From: Thermodesulfobacteriota bacterium
Lineage (GTDB): Bacteria; Desulfobacterota_D; UBA1144; Nemesobacterales; Nemesobacteraceae
Reading direction: 5' to 3'
DNA: 64,000 nucleotides
Assembly (NCBI GenBank): GCA_965202785.1
Contig: OZ241855.1
Span: 384,001-448,000 of the forward strand
This document shows positions 1 to 10,027 of this stretch, piece by piece (position 1 is the stretch's first letter; every line of letters starts with the position of its first letter). The notes under the pieces were generated by a model. It was not told the DNA's origin, made no database searches, and was given only the letters and a program-made list of their open reading frames with translations. The translations under genes and the position numbers were made by a program.

Positions 1-876
1 GACGGAGAAGGCGGCTGGCAGGGCTTTGATGTCGATTTCTGCCGCGCCGTAGCCGCTGCCGTGCTGGGAAGCGGGGACAAGGTGAATTTCGTACCGTCTA
101 CGAATAGAACGCGTTTCGCCCAGCTAAATGCTGGCGAAGGCGACATACTGTTCCGCAACACCACCGAAACGCTGAGTCGTGACGCTGACCTGAGACTGAC
201 CTTCCTGCCCGTTAACTACTATGATGGTCAGGGCTTTTTAATCCGCAGAAGTCTTGGGGTAACGTCAGCAAAACAGCTGGCCGGAGCTTCAGTGTGCGTT
301 CAGGTCGGCACCACCACGGAACTTAACTTGTCGGATTACTTCAGATTCAACAAAATGAAGTACGAGCATCTCAATACCGGAACCAACGCAGAGAGCATCA
401 TCATGTATGAAAGCAAAAGATGCAACGTGTACACAACCGACGCATCGGCTTTGGCCTCTACGCGGGCGGCGCTGAAAAATCCTTCAGAGCATGTGATTCT
501 TCCCGAAATCATTTCAAAGGAACCCCTGGGCGGCGCAGTGCGCCACGGCGATGACCGTTGGGCTGATATCGGAAAGTGGGTGGTTAACGCGCTGATTATC
601 GCAGAAGAGATGGGCATCACCCAGAAAAACGTCAAGGAACTCGCTAAGAAGTCTGGAAATAATCCGGGTATGAACCGTTTTCTAGGCACCGAAGGCAGCA
701 TGGGCGAAATGCTCGGTCTTGACAAGAAGTGGGCCGTTAACGCAATCTCAGCCGTAGGCAACTACGGGGAGATATTCGAAAGGCATCTGGGGCCCAAGAC
801 TCCTCTAGCGCTTGAAAGGGGGCTTAACGCTTCCTGGAAAGCAGGGGGAATTTTGTACGCAGCGCCCATTCGCTGA
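1..876 (+). CDS. aapJ: General L-amino acid ABC transporter substrate-binding protein (AapJ/BztA family), 5'-truncated by the window edge
   Basis: Frame is open from base 1 (DGEGGWQGFDVDFCRAVAAAVLG); family motifs NTT.TLSRD, YYDGQGF, GTTTELNL, LPEIISKEPLG, GNYGEIFERHLG, RGLN..W..GG..YA.P.R. Confidence 0.88.
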   Translation, partial: DGEGGWQGFDVDFCRAVAAAVLGSGDKVNFVPSTNRTRFAQLNAGEGDILFRNTTETLSRDADLRLTFLPVNYYDGQGFLIRRSLGVTSAKQLAGASVCVQVGTTTELNLSDYFRFNKMKYEHLNTGTNAESIIMYESKRCNVYTTDASALASTRAALKNPSEHVILPEIISKEPLGGAVRHGDDRWADIGKWVVNALIIAEEMGITQKNVKELAKKSGNNPGMNRFLGTEGSMGEMLGLDKKWAVNAISAVGNYGEIFERHLGPKTPLALERGLNASWKAGGILYAAPIR

Positions 877-1075
877 TCGTGAGTAAAGCCGTTCCGACTT
901 CGACGGTTTGGAATTGCAACATACCGATATCACTAATTCTTATTTTGCTGCTAGCCGCATTTTTGGGAACCTCGAGAATCGGATGCTGGACACCCTGTTT
1001 TGGAGGTGGGAATTGCCAACGATTCAGCATTGCGTATTTTTTGCTTAATACCTTGGAATAACAGATTTTTAATAG

Positions 1076-1117
1076 CTAACCTTGCAATCAGCGACCCTCT
1101 AACCTTGCAATCAGCGA
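1076..1117. repeat. Two exact 19-bp direct repeats CTAACCTTGCAATCAGCGA, 23-bp period
   Basis: Copies at 1076-1094 and 1099-1117, separated by CCCT. Confidence 0.9.
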
Positions 1118-1208
1118 TAGCTTAAGGAGTATGATCATGGGCGGCAAAACCGAACGTGCACCGCTTTCGTTAAGGTTGAGCTCTTAGAAAAATTGAGACA
1201 CTCGCGGT

Positions 1209-2855
1209 CTATCCGAAATTGTCCTCGCCCCGCCGCTCAAGCACCTGGGCGAGCCAGTCCGGGTCCATCTCCGGCACCGAAGACAGAAGCAGGTCCGTAT
1301 AGCGATGGTGAGGCGGCGTGAACATCTCGTGTTTGGGCCCCTGCTCCACCACCCTGCCTTCTTTCATCACGACCACTTCGTCAGCGATGGAGCGTACCAT
1401 CGCCAGATCATGCGTTATAAACAGATAGGCCAGATTCATATCTCTCTGGAACCTGTCGAGCATTTTCAGGATTTCCCCGGCAACGAGCTGGTCCAGAGCA
1501 CTCGTGATCTCGTCACAGATAATGAAGGCAGGCTCGGCCGCCAAGGCCCTTGCAATTCCCACCCGTTGCTTCTGACCGCCTGAGAGTTCCGGCGGAAACC
1601 GGTTATAGAACAGTGACGGATCAAGCTCGAGGAGGTCCAGCAGCTCGTCAACGCGGCTTTTGAGCGCCGTTCCCCTCAGGCCGCCGTAGAACCGCGCGGG
1701 GCGGCCGATTATCTCACCGACCCTGATCCTGGGGTTAAGCGCGGTATCGGCCATCTGGTAAATCATCTGAACCTGCCTGAGCTGATCTACGCTGCGATTT
1801 CTGTAGCTTTTCGCCAGTTCTTCGCCGTTTAGCAGAATGCGTCCCTCAAACGGCTGGAGCAGTCCCGTAATACATCGGGCCGCCGTGGATTTGCCGGAAC
1901 CCGACTCGCCTACCAGCGCGACGGTCATTCCGGCATGAATGTCAAACGATACGTCTTCCAGCACCTTGGTCTCGCCGTATCCGGCGCCTACGCCCTCAAC
2001 CGACACGACCGGCGCTGCACTGCCGTCCGCAGGCCGGTCTTTCTGGGAGTGCGTGAGATTTCTTACCGACCACAGAGACTTGGTGTAATCGTCCCGGGGA
2101 GATTCCAGCATTGTTCTGGTATCGGCCTCCTCGACTTCCTCTCCCTTGAGCAGAACCTTGATCACGTCGGCCATCTGGGCCACGACGGCCAGGTCATGGG
2201 ATATGTAGATTACGGCCGTGGCGAACCGCCTGACGATATAGCGTATGGCCGCAAGAACCTCGATCTGAGTGGTGACGTCAAGAGCCGTGGTAGGTTCGTC
2301 AAAGATGATGAGATCGGGGCGGCAGGCCATGGCCATGGCCGTCATCGCCCTCTGCAGCTGACCGCCGGAAACCTGATGAGGGTAGCGAAAGCCTATCCCC
2401 TCGGGGTCGGGCAGGTGCAGACGTCTGTACATCTCCACGGCATCCTCCCGGCTTTCCTCGCGGCTTCTCATGCGGTGGTGAACCGGGGCTTCGGTGTACT
2501 GGTCAACGAGCCTGTGCGCCGGATTGAACGATGCCGCCGCGGACTGCGCCACGTAAGCTATGCGCGAACCGCGAAGAACGCGCAGGTCCGATTCCGCGGT
2601 GGTGGTCAGCTCCAGGCCGTCAAACTCCACGGAGCCTCCCGAAATGCGGCATCCGTCACGCGTAAAACCCATGGCGGCAAGGCCGATGGTGGATTTGCCC
2701 GCGCCGGATTCACCGATGAGCCCCAGGACCTGTCCCCGGTCGAGATCCAGATCGACTCCGCGCACGATTTCATTCCACTTCCCGCCCGCAAAACCTTCCA
2801 CCCGAAGACCCCTTATTCTGAGAAGCTGATGTTTTCTGTTTTCCGTCGTCGTCAT
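1209..2855 (-). CDS. Dipeptide/oligopeptide ABC transporter ATP-binding protein (fused DppD/DppF, two ATPase domains)
   Basis: Two Walker A motifs (GESGAGKS, GESGSGKS), two signatures (VSGGQ, LSGGQ), DEPTTALD and DEITSALD, two H-loops. Confidence 0.92.
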   Translation of the reverse strand: MTTTENRKHQLLRIRGLRVEGFAGGKWNEIVRGVDLDLDRGQVLGLIGESGAGKSTIGLAAMGFTRDGCRISGGSVEFDGLELTTTAESDLRVLRGSRIAYVAQSAAASFNPAHRLVDQYTEAPVHHRMRSREESREDAVEMYRRLHLPDPEGIGFRYPHQVSGGQLQRAMTAMAMACRPDLIIFDEPTTALDVTTQIEVLAAIRYIVRRFATAVIYISHDLAVVAQMADVIKVLLKGEEVEEADTRTMLESPRDDYTKSLWSVRNLTHSQKDRPADGSAAPVVSVEGVGAGYGETKVLEDVSFDIHAGMTVALVGESGSGKSTAARCITGLLQPFEGRILLNGEELAKSYRNRSVDQLRQVQMIYQMADTALNPRIRVGEIIGRPARFYGGLRGTALKSRVDELLDLLELDPSLFYNRFPPELSGGQKQRVGIARALAAEPAFIICDEITSALDQLVAGEILKMLDRFQRDMNLAYLFITHDLAMVRSIADEVVVMKEGRVVEQGPKHEMFTPPHHRYTDLLLSSVPEMDPDWLAQVLERRGEDNFG

Positions 2856-2861
2856 TCTCGG

Positions 2862-3923
2862 CTACTCCTTCAGTCCCGATGAGCGCATCAGCACCCAGTC
2901 CACCACGAAGTTGACGGCTACCGTAAGTAGCGCAATGGCCGCGGCGGGGATAAGGGGCGTAATCTCACCGAACGATATAAGGGTCGCATTTTCCCGCACC
3001 ATGGAACCCCAGTCGGCGGCCGGGGGCTGAATGCCAAGACCCAGAAACGACAGGCCGGCAAGCAGCAGGAAAACGAAACAGAACTCAAGGCCGAATTCCG
3101 CAACAAGAGGGGACGTGGAATTCGGCAGAACCTCTCTTCGAATGAGATGCCACATCCCTTCCCCACGCAGGCGCGCCGCCTCGAAATAATCCATCACCAC
3201 CACGTTTCCCGCAACGGCGCGCGTCAGGCGGAATACCCTGGGAGAATAAATTACCGCGATGATTATCACCAGCATCGTCAGGTTGGAGCCGAAGATGCTC
3301 AGCAGCAGCAAGGCGAATATGAGCGACGGAACCGACATCACAACATCCGCGGCGCGCCCCATGAACTGGTCGAACCAGCCTCCTCTGACGGCGGAAACCA
3401 GTCCCAGGAGAACGCCCGCTAGAAACGCGAGCAGGGTAGCGGCTAGCGCCAAGCCTACGGTATTTCTGGCCCCGTAGACAATCCGGCTGAACATGTCCCT
3501 TCCCAGCTGATCCGCCCCCAGCAGCATTTCCTCGCTCATCGGCGCAAACGCCTGACCCACGATCTCGGCCTCCCCGTAGGGAGCGATCACCGGAGCGAAG
3601 ATCCCGGCAATGGCGTAAGTCCCTATGACGAACAGCCCGAAACTGGCCGTAAGCGGGGCCGTGCGCATGGCTTCCGCGCTCTTTGGGGGCAGCACGGTCG
3701 CGAGGAACTCCCGGAAGGCGTACGCGGTGCCAGCGCAGAGGATGAGAACCACCGCTATGACGGTCACCGTCCGCAGAGCCGTTTCACCCCCTATGATTCC
3801 CATGATGAAAGAGGCCAGAGTGAGGGAGAAGAGCACGAGGAACGCCCCGCGCTTCTTCAGGTAGGCGGCAAGGCAGGATGCCCCGATCAGCATGGCGTAG
3901 TAGACGATCACGAATACGTTCAT
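2862..3923 (-). CDS. Peptide ABC transporter permease (DppC/OppC type) with extra N-terminal TM segments
   Basis: LGADQLGRDMFSRIVYGAR, EAA loop (YFEAARLRG), LSFLGLGIQPP..DWGSM. Confidence 0.9.
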   Translation of the reverse strand: MNVFVIVYYAMLIGASCLAAYLKKRGAFLVLFSLTLASFIMGIIGGETALRTVTVIAVVLILCAGTAYAFREFLATVLPPKSAEAMRTAPLTASFGLFVIGTYAIAGIFAPVIAPYGEAEIVGQAFAPMSEEMLLGADQLGRDMFSRIVYGARNTVGLALAATLLAFLAGVLLGLVSAVRGGWFDQFMGRAADVVMSVPSLIFALLLLSIFGSNLTMLVIIIAVIYSPRVFRLTRAVAGNVVVMDYFEAARLRGEGMWHLIRREVLPNSTSPLVAEFGLEFCFVFLLLAGLSFLGLGIQPPAADWGSMVRENATLISFGEITPLIPAAAIALLTVAVNFVVDWVLMRSSGLKE

Positions 3924-3932
3924 ATCACGGTC

Positions 3933-4889
3933 TCACTTCGGGTGGCGCAGGCGCGGATTGGTAAGAATGGTTCCCACGTCCGCCGCAAGGTTCAGCAGTA
4001 TGAACGTCGCGGCGAATACAAGACAGCAGGCCTGCACCACCGGAAAATCACGCTTGGTCACGCTGTCCACCAGCAGCTGCCCTATCCCCGGATAGACGAA
4101 CACCACCTCAACCAGCACCACGCCGGTAATCAGGTAGGCGAGATTCAAGGCTACGACGTTAATTATCGGCGCCCATGAATTGGGCAGCGCATGTCTTGCG
4201 ACGACTTTCCATTCCGGAATTCCCTTCAGGCGCGCCATCTCTATATAAGGAGAGGACAGCAGGCTGATTATGGCCGCGCGGGTCATGCGCATCATGTGGG
4301 CCACCACCACGAGCACCATAGTCAGCGCGGGGAGGAACATGCGATGAAGCTTTTCCCAAAGAACCATATCTTCGTCCAGCCTCGCGATGGAATGGAAGTA
4401 GCCGGTATTCACCGCAAGGTAGAGAATCAGTATGTAGCCGAGGAAGAACTCGGGAGATGAAATGGAAATCAGGGTGCCCACGTTGGAAATCCTGTCAAAC
4501 AGCGAATTCCTGAAAAGGGCCGCCAGAACGCCCAGAAAGATCGCCAGGGGCACGGCGATTACCGCAGCATAAAGAGCCAGAAGCAGCGTGTTCACGAACC
4601 TCGGCCCGATCGTTTCGGCTACGGGAGCCCCGGTTATCAGGGAGGATCCGAAATCGCCGGAGAGAGATCCCGAGAGCCATTCGACGTAACGTGCGGCGGC
4701 AGGGCGGTCTAGACCCAGTTGATCGCGCATGGCGGCGACGGTTTCTTCGGTAGCTCCCTGACCGAGCACGGCCTGCGCCACGTCGCCCGGCAGGAATTCC
4801 ACCGCGCCGAAGATAAGCACCGAGACGACGAGCAGGGTCGCAAGTCCAAGCCCCAGCCGCTTGAGAACAATGCCTAGAACGTCGTCCAT
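3933..4889 (-). CDS. Peptide ABC transporter permease (DppB/OppB type)
   Basis: LPGDVA, LGLDRP...RY..W, GDFGSS, YIEMARLKG, RHALPN, VEVVFVYPGIG, RDFPVVQ; start moved to MDDVLG (ATG at 4889). Confidence 0.9.
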   Translation of the reverse strand: MDDVLGIVLKRLGLGLATLLVVSVLIFGAVEFLPGDVAQAVLGQGATEETVAAMRDQLGLDRPAAARYVEWLSGSLSGDFGSSLITGAPVAETIGPRFVNTLLLALYAAVIAVPLAIFLGVLAALFRNSLFDRISNVGTLISISSPEFFLGYILILYLAVNTGYFHSIARLDEDMVLWEKLHRMFLPALTMVLVVVAHMMRMTRAAIISLLSSPYIEMARLKGIPEWKVVARHALPNSWAPIINVVALNLAYLITGVVLVEVVFVYPGIGQLLVDSVTKRDFPVVQACCLVFAATFILLNLAADVGTILTNPRLRHPK

Positions 4890-5015
4890 GGGAATAACAC
4901 TCCTTTCGAACCCGCGGGGAAAACCCCGATCAGATCCGCCCCCGCTGTTAGCATACCACAACAGGAAAAAGGCGGCAGGAGCGGAGCGGGCAAGAGAAAC
5001 TGCGGATACTCGGCG

Positions 5016-6626
5016 TCAGTTCGCGAACCACCAGCGGCTTGCGCCTCTCGCGCCGTCAATCTGCCAACTGCCGGCAAGATCTGGCCCGTGCCGAACTTTC
5101 TTGTTGCGCGCGTAGACGAAGTTGGCAAACATGGGGAGGATAGTCCCGCCGTCGTCGCGCGCCAGTTGCTGCATCTCGCGGTACATCGCCGTGCGCTTTG
5201 CCTGATCCAGTTCGGCCTTGGCCAGCAGCAGCAGTTCGTTAAAACGCTTGTTCTTCCATCGGCTTTCATTCCACGCGGCGTCGTCCTTGTAGGCCAGCGT
5301 GAACATGACGTCGGGAGTCGGCCGCGCGCCCCAGTGCACTACGCAGAACGGTTTTTTGAGCCACACGTTTGAATAATAGCCGTCGCTCGGCTCGCGCACC
5401 ACGTTAATCTCGATTCCGGCGGCCTTGGCCTGCTGAGCGAACAGCACGCACATGTCAACCGCCCCCGAGTAAACGGTATCGGCAACAGAGAGATTCACCT
5501 TGAGCTTTTCCCTGCCGGCCTTCTTGAGCAGCGCCCTGGCCCGCTCGGGATCATACTCGCGCTGCGGCAGGTCCGCCCAGTAGGGCATGTTCGGCGAAAC
5601 GTGGGCGTCATTGCCGGGAATCGCCATGCCGAACGCGATCTTCTGGATGATTTCCTCGCGGTCGATAGCAAGCTTCATGGCGTTCCTCACGTTGACGTCG
5701 TCAAACGGCGCAGTGTCGCAGAACATCGGCATCGTGAGCGCCGAGCCGCTGGGAACGTTATCTATCTCGATATTCTTGTTGCGCCGGAGCAGGTTCAGGG
5801 TCTTGAGTTCAATCTGCGTAACGGCATCCACCTCGTCGGTGACCAGCGCTATCTCGCGTGCGTTGGGGTCGTTCAGAACCGTGAGTTCAACCTTATCGAA
5901 GTAGGCACCTTCCAGGTGCCATCCGTCATGGCGCACGAGCTTCGTGCCGATGCCGGGGCGGTGACTGACTATCTTGTAGGAACCGGCGCCGTCGCCCGAC
6001 TGCCAGTCGACGGTGCCGTCGGCGTTGGCCGGCAGCATGGCCAGGTGGTAGTCGGTCATCAGCCAGGGCAGGTCCGCGTTGCCGCTTTCCAGTTTCACCG
6101 TAATGGAGTGAGGGCTGTTCTTTACGATTTCCCTTACGTCCTTGAGCAGGGCCGCGGCCGCCGAGGTGGTCTTGTCGCCGCGATGATGGTTAAGAGAGGC
6201 GATGGCGTCATCCGCGGTAAAGGGTCTGCCGCTGTGAAAAGAAGCGTTCTTGTTCAGCTTGAACGTCCACTCGGAGGCATCATCCGACGCCGACCACGAG
6301 ACCGCCATGTCAGGGCCCAGGCCGTTTTGCGGAGTGATCAGGGTCAGGTAGCTGCGATGAATGTGCGCAAGCTGGATGGCGGCAAAGCTTAAGTAGGTGC
6401 CGGGGTCGTGGGTGTCGGAGGTGTTGCCGTCATGCAGTCCCAGCCTGAAGGTACCGCCTTTTCTGGGCGAAGCCGCCATCACTTCCGTATTCCAGAGCGC
6501 CGAAGCGGCCGACACGGTTATTCCGGCGGCGACGAGAAGACGGATAAAATCCCGTCGGCTCAGGCGCCCGTCGCGCCCGTCGCTTTTCATCTGTTCAAGA
6601 AGTTGCTCGTGGGTAAGGTGTTTCAC
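5016..6626 (-). CDS. Peptide/nickel ABC transporter substrate-binding protein (family 5) with Tat signal
   Basis: Twin-arginine SRRDFI; KGGTFRLG, FHSGRPFTADD, PFDDVNVRNAMKLAIDR, YDPERARALL, WNESRW. Confidence 0.9.
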   Translation of the reverse strand: MKHLTHEQLLEQMKSDGRDGRLSRRDFIRLLVAAGITVSAASALWNTEVMAASPRKGGTFRLGLHDGNTSDTHDPGTYLSFAAIQLAHIHRSYLTLITPQNGLGPDMAVSWSASDDASEWTFKLNKNASFHSGRPFTADDAIASLNHHRGDKTTSAAAALLKDVREIVKNSPHSITVKLESGNADLPWLMTDYHLAMLPANADGTVDWQSGDGAGSYKIVSHRPGIGTKLVRHDGWHLEGAYFDKVELTVLNDPNAREIALVTDEVDAVTQIELKTLNLLRRNKNIEIDNVPSGSALTMPMFCDTAPFDDVNVRNAMKLAIDREEIIQKIAFGMAIPGNDAHVSPNMPYWADLPQREYDPERARALLKKAGREKLKVNLSVADTVYSGAVDMCVLFAQQAKAAGIEINVVREPSDGYYSNVWLKKPFCVVHWGARPTPDVMFTLAYKDDAAWNESRWKNKRFNELLLLAKAELDQAKRTAMYREMQQLARDDGGTILPMFANFVYARNKKVRHGPDLAGSWQIDGARGASRWWFAN

Positions 6627-6669
6627 AGTCCGCCTTCATGCAAAAAAGCCAAGTGCCCCCCGCCTAGCC

Positions 6670-6702
6670 TCTATTCTGCTTAATATGCGTATCAAATGTC
6701 AA
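6670..6702 (-). promoter_or_regulatory. Putative sigma70 promoter of the peptide ABC operon
   Basis: Minus strand TTGACA-tttgatacgcatattaag-CAGAAT upstream of the SBP start; a second TTGACA lies 31 bp further upstream. Confidence 0.45.
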
Positions 6703-7050
6703 GGTGTTTCTCGGCGCACATCTTACGTGTCAATCAAAACAGGAGACCTGCGGCAATCGAGATGAGAAAAAGGGATCAGCCCGGCTGGATTAAGATTGGT
6801 CAGACTCAAGGCCGAGGCGAACCGGATACACGCAACGGACGTGCGTGGACTGCAAGAGATATCCGCCAGATCGGGTGCCGGGAAAACCGGCGGACGGAGA
6901 AGAGAAAATTCCTTCGTTTCACCCCTTGAGCGGGAAACTCCGCCGCGCTGCGCTTTCCCCAAATCGCGCGAAAGGCGATTTTAAGTTAGAATTTAGCGGA
7001 ATAACCGACCAGCCGGACGCACTACGGTCGACACAAGGAGGAATACTCTA

Positions 7051-8754
7051 TTGGCAACGAAGACCCCTAAGAAGAAAGAAACCCCCAGGAAATACTCCTC
7101 GATTTACGTAGAAGGGACGCACAGGGCACCGAGTCGCTCCATGCTGAGAGCAGTGGGTTTTACCGACAGGGATTTCAAGAAACCCGTCGTGGGGATAGCG
7201 TCGACCTGGAGCATGGTAACGCCGTGCAACATGCACATAGACCAGCTCGCAAGACACGGAGCCGCAGGAGCAAACAAGGCAGGGGGCAAATCCATAATCT
7301 TCAACACCATTACCGTGTCCGACGGAATATCCATGGGAACTCCGGGCATGAGGTACTCGCTTGTATCCAGGGAAGTCATAGCCGACTCGATCGAAACGGT
7401 GGCCGCCGGAGAGGGATTTGACGGAATCGTGGCCATAGGAGGGTGCGACAAGAACATGCCGGGATGCCTGATGGCGATGGCGAGACTCAACAGGCCCTCG
7501 GTGTTCGTCTACGGTGGGACGATACTTCCGGGCAACTACAGGGGAAAGGACGTGGACATCGTTTCGGTATTCGAAGCCGTGGGGGCACACTCGAACAACG
7601 ACATTACTGACTCCGAGCTCAAGGAAATCGAGTCCTGCGCCATTCCGGGACCTGGTTCATGCGGAGGAATGTATACAGCAAACACAATGGCTTCGGCAAT
7701 AGAGGCACTCGGAATGAGTCTTCCGAACAGTTCGGCCCAGGCGGCCGTTTCAAAAGACAAGGTGGCGGACTGCAAAAACGCGGGGGCGGCGGTCGTTAAC
7801 CTCATAAGGGAGAACATAACGCCGCGGGACATAATGACGAAAAAAGCTTTTCTGAACGCCATAACGGTAGTTGTCGCGCTCGGCGGCTCGACAAATTCGG
7901 TCCTTCACCTCCTGGCAATGGCGAACGCCGCGGGGGTAAGGCTCACCATAGATGACTTCACTAGAGTCGGAAAGAAAGTTCCTGTCCTTGCCGACCTAAA
8001 GCCCAGCGGACAGTACATGATGTCTGATTTCTGCAAAATAGGAGGGCTCACCCCGCTGCTTAGAATTCTGCTTGACGAGGGGCTCCTCCACGGCGACTGC
8101 ATGACGGTGACAGGCAAGACTCTCAAGCAGAACCTCCGGGGAGTAAGAAGATACCCCAGGGGACAGAAGATAGTTCTCCCGGTGAGAAACCCGATAAAGG
8201 AATCGGCTCACATAGTGATTCTCAAGGGAAATATCGCGCCTGAAGGGGCGGTGGCTAAGATAACGGGCAAGGAAGGCAACTCCTTTACCGGCAAGGCGCT
8301 GGTGTTTAACTCTGAAGAGCAGAGTCTTAAGGCAATTCTCGACGGCAGGGTTAAGAAAGGACACGTGATAGTGGTGAGGTACGAAGGCCCAAAAGGCGGG
8401 CCTGGGATGAGAGAGATGCTCGCGCCCACGGCGGCTGTAATGGGCAAGGGACTGGGAGGAGACGTGGCTCTTATCACAGACGGGCGTTTCTCTGGAGGAA
8501 CACACGGCTTCGTCGTGGGGCATATAACACCCGAGGCGGTTGACGGCGGCACCCTTGCGCTCATAAAAAACGGGGATGAGATCACTATTGATGCAGAGAG
8601 CAGGGAAATAACCCTGAACGTATCAAAGAGGGAGCTTCAAAGAAGGAGAAAAGCCTGGAAGAAACCGGCAGCCAAGGAAAAAACTGGCGTGCTGGCGAAA
8701 TACTCAAGGCTGGTTTCCTCAGCCTCCCAGGGTGCTGTAACCGACAGGGTCTAG
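7051..8754 (+). CDS. ilvD: Dihydroxy-acid dehydratase
   Basis: [60 protein letters not shown]; TTG start after AAGGAGG. Confidence 0.96.
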   Translation: MATKTPKKKETPRKYSSIYVEGTHRAPSRSMLRAVGFTDRDFKKPVVGIASTWSMVTPCNMHIDQLARHGAAGANKAGGKSIIFNTITVSDGISMGTPGMRYSLVSREVIADSIETVAAGEGFDGIVAIGGCDKNMPGCLMAMARLNRPSVFVYGGTILPGNYRGKDVDIVSVFEAVGAHSNNDITDSELKEIESCAIPGPGSCGGMYTANTMASAIEALGMSLPNSSAQAAVSKDKVADCKNAGAAVVNLIRENITPRDIMTKKAFLNAITVVVALGGSTNSVLHLLAMANAAGVRLTIDDFTRVGKKVPVLADLKPSGQYMMSDFCKIGGLTPLLRILLDEGLLHGDCMTVTGKTLKQNLRGVRRYPRGQKIVLPVRNPIKESAHIVILKGNIAPEGAVAKITGKEGNSFTGKALVFNSEEQSLKAILDGRVKKGHVIVVRYEGPKGGPGMREMLAPTAAVMGKGLGGDVALITDGRFSGGTHGFVVGHITPEAVDGGTLALIKNGDEITIDAESREITLNVSKRELQRRRKAWKKPAAKEKTGVLAKYSRLVSSASQGAVTDRV

Positions 8755-8783
8755 CGTCTAGGTCAGCCGTTTTGCCCTGCGTA

Positions 8784-8811
8784 TTGCCTATTTCCGCGGC
8801 GGGAATATACT
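8784..8811 (+). promoter_or_regulatory. Putative sigma70 promoter, probably giving a leaderless coaBC mRNA
   Basis: TTGCCT(8784)-16 bp-TATACT(8806); ATG 7 nt after the -10 with no SD. Confidence 0.5.
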
Positions 8812-8818
8812 TTATTCC

Positions 8819-10015
8819 ATGGAACTGCTTCGCGGAAAGAACGTCGTAGTGGGAGTAACGGGCGGTATCTCCGCCTACAAGTCCTGCGAACTTGTAAGGT
8901 CTCTCGTGAGAGACGGGGCGGAGGTGCGGTGCGCAATGACCAGAAACGCCGAGCGCTTCATAACCCCCCTAACCCTCCAGACCCTCTCCGGGAACAAGGT
9001 CGCCTCGAACCTCTTTGACCTGACTTCAGAATCCGAGATAGGTCACATAAAAATCGCTGACGAGGCCGACGTCGTAGTGGTCGCGCCCGCAAGCGCGTCC
9101 TTCATAGGCAAAATCGCTTCGGGCATAGCCGACAGCCTGCTCGCGACCGTCATACTGGCGACAAAAGCTCCCGTAATCATCTGCCCGGCCATGAACTCGA
9201 ACATGTATTCAAACTCAATAGTGCAGGAGAACATGGAAAAGCTCAGGCGCCACGGATTCACCTTAGTCGAACCCGGCGAGGGAGATCTCGCCTGCGGGTG
9301 GACCGGCAGGGGAAGACTTGCCGAAACAGACGTTATCGCTCTTGAGGTTCAAAAGGCGGTTACACAGCAAGACTACTCGGGTGAAAACATACTGGTAAGC
9401 GCCGGGGCAACAAGAGAACACATAGATCCCGTAAGGTTCATATCCAACCCCTCAACCGGCAAAATGGGCTACTCGATAGCCCGGGCGGGATGGCTTCGCG
9501 GAGCCCGGACCACTCTGGTTTCGGGATACTCTTCTTTACCAGACCCTCACGGAGTGGAGGTGGTACGGGTAACGGATTGCAATGACATGTACGAGCGAAT
9601 CCACGAGCGTTTTGAACTAGCTAATATAGTAATAAAATCGGCGGCCGTAAGCGACTACTCGCCTTGCGAGAAATCGGAGCAGAAGATAAAGAAATCGAAG
9701 AAAGAACTCTCAATCCCTCTTAAGAAAACCCGGGATATATTAAAATCGCTCGGAGAGGATAAAAAAGACAGAATCCTGGTGGGATTTGCTGCCGAGACGG
9801 AAAACCTTGTCAATAATTCCAAGAAAAAGCTCAAGGAAAAAAATCTAGACCTCATAGTGGCAAACGACGTTACGGCCCCGCAGGCGGGCTTCGGGGAAGA
9901 TACCAACATCGCGTGGCTCGTTGACAGGGAGAGGGTTGAAGAACTTCCCCTTATGAGTAAGTTCGAACTCGCAAACAGGATCCTTGACAGGATAAAAGAA
10001 ATAGGAAACGGGTAG
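8819..10015 (+). CDS. coaBC: Bifunctional phosphopantothenoylcysteine decarboxylase/synthetase
   Basis: GVTGGISAYK, PAMNSNM, LACG..G.GR, TREHIDPVRFISNPSTGKMG, AAVSDY, GFAAET, DLIVANDV. Confidence 0.96.
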   Translation: MELLRGKNVVVGVTGGISAYKSCELVRSLVRDGAEVRCAMTRNAERFITPLTLQTLSGNKVASNLFDLTSESEIGHIKIADEADVVVVAPASASFIGKIASGIADSLLATVILATKAPVIICPAMNSNMYSNSIVQENMEKLRRHGFTLVEPGEGDLACGWTGRGRLAETDVIALEVQKAVTQQDYSGENILVSAGATREHIDPVRFISNPSTGKMGYSIARAGWLRGARTTLVSGYSSLPDPHGVEVVRVTDCNDMYERIHERFELANIVIKSAAVSDYSPCEKSEQKIKKSKKELSIPLKKTRDILKSLGEDKKDRILVGFAAETENLVNNSKKKLKEKNLDLIVANDVTAPQAGFGEDTNIAWLVDRERVEELPLMSKFELANRILDRIKEIGNG

Positions 10016-10027
10016 AGTTGTCAGTCT

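Noticed and set aside
1076-1117. Direct repeat as a mini-CRISPR
   Set aside because: Only two 19-bp copies with a 4-bp spacer, and no cas genes
1935-2882. 315-aa plus-strand ORF and other long antisense ORFs (e.g. 5601-6392, 33060-34103, 35474-36283, 50145-51080)
   Set aside because: Shadows of well-supported genes on the opposite strand, with no recognisable motifs
6696-7050. Short ORFs or a leader peptide upstream of ilvD
   Set aside because: No Ile/Leu/Val-rich peptide, T-box or attenuator seen; only a small palindrome (AAATCGC-N7-GCGATTT) near a TAGAAT
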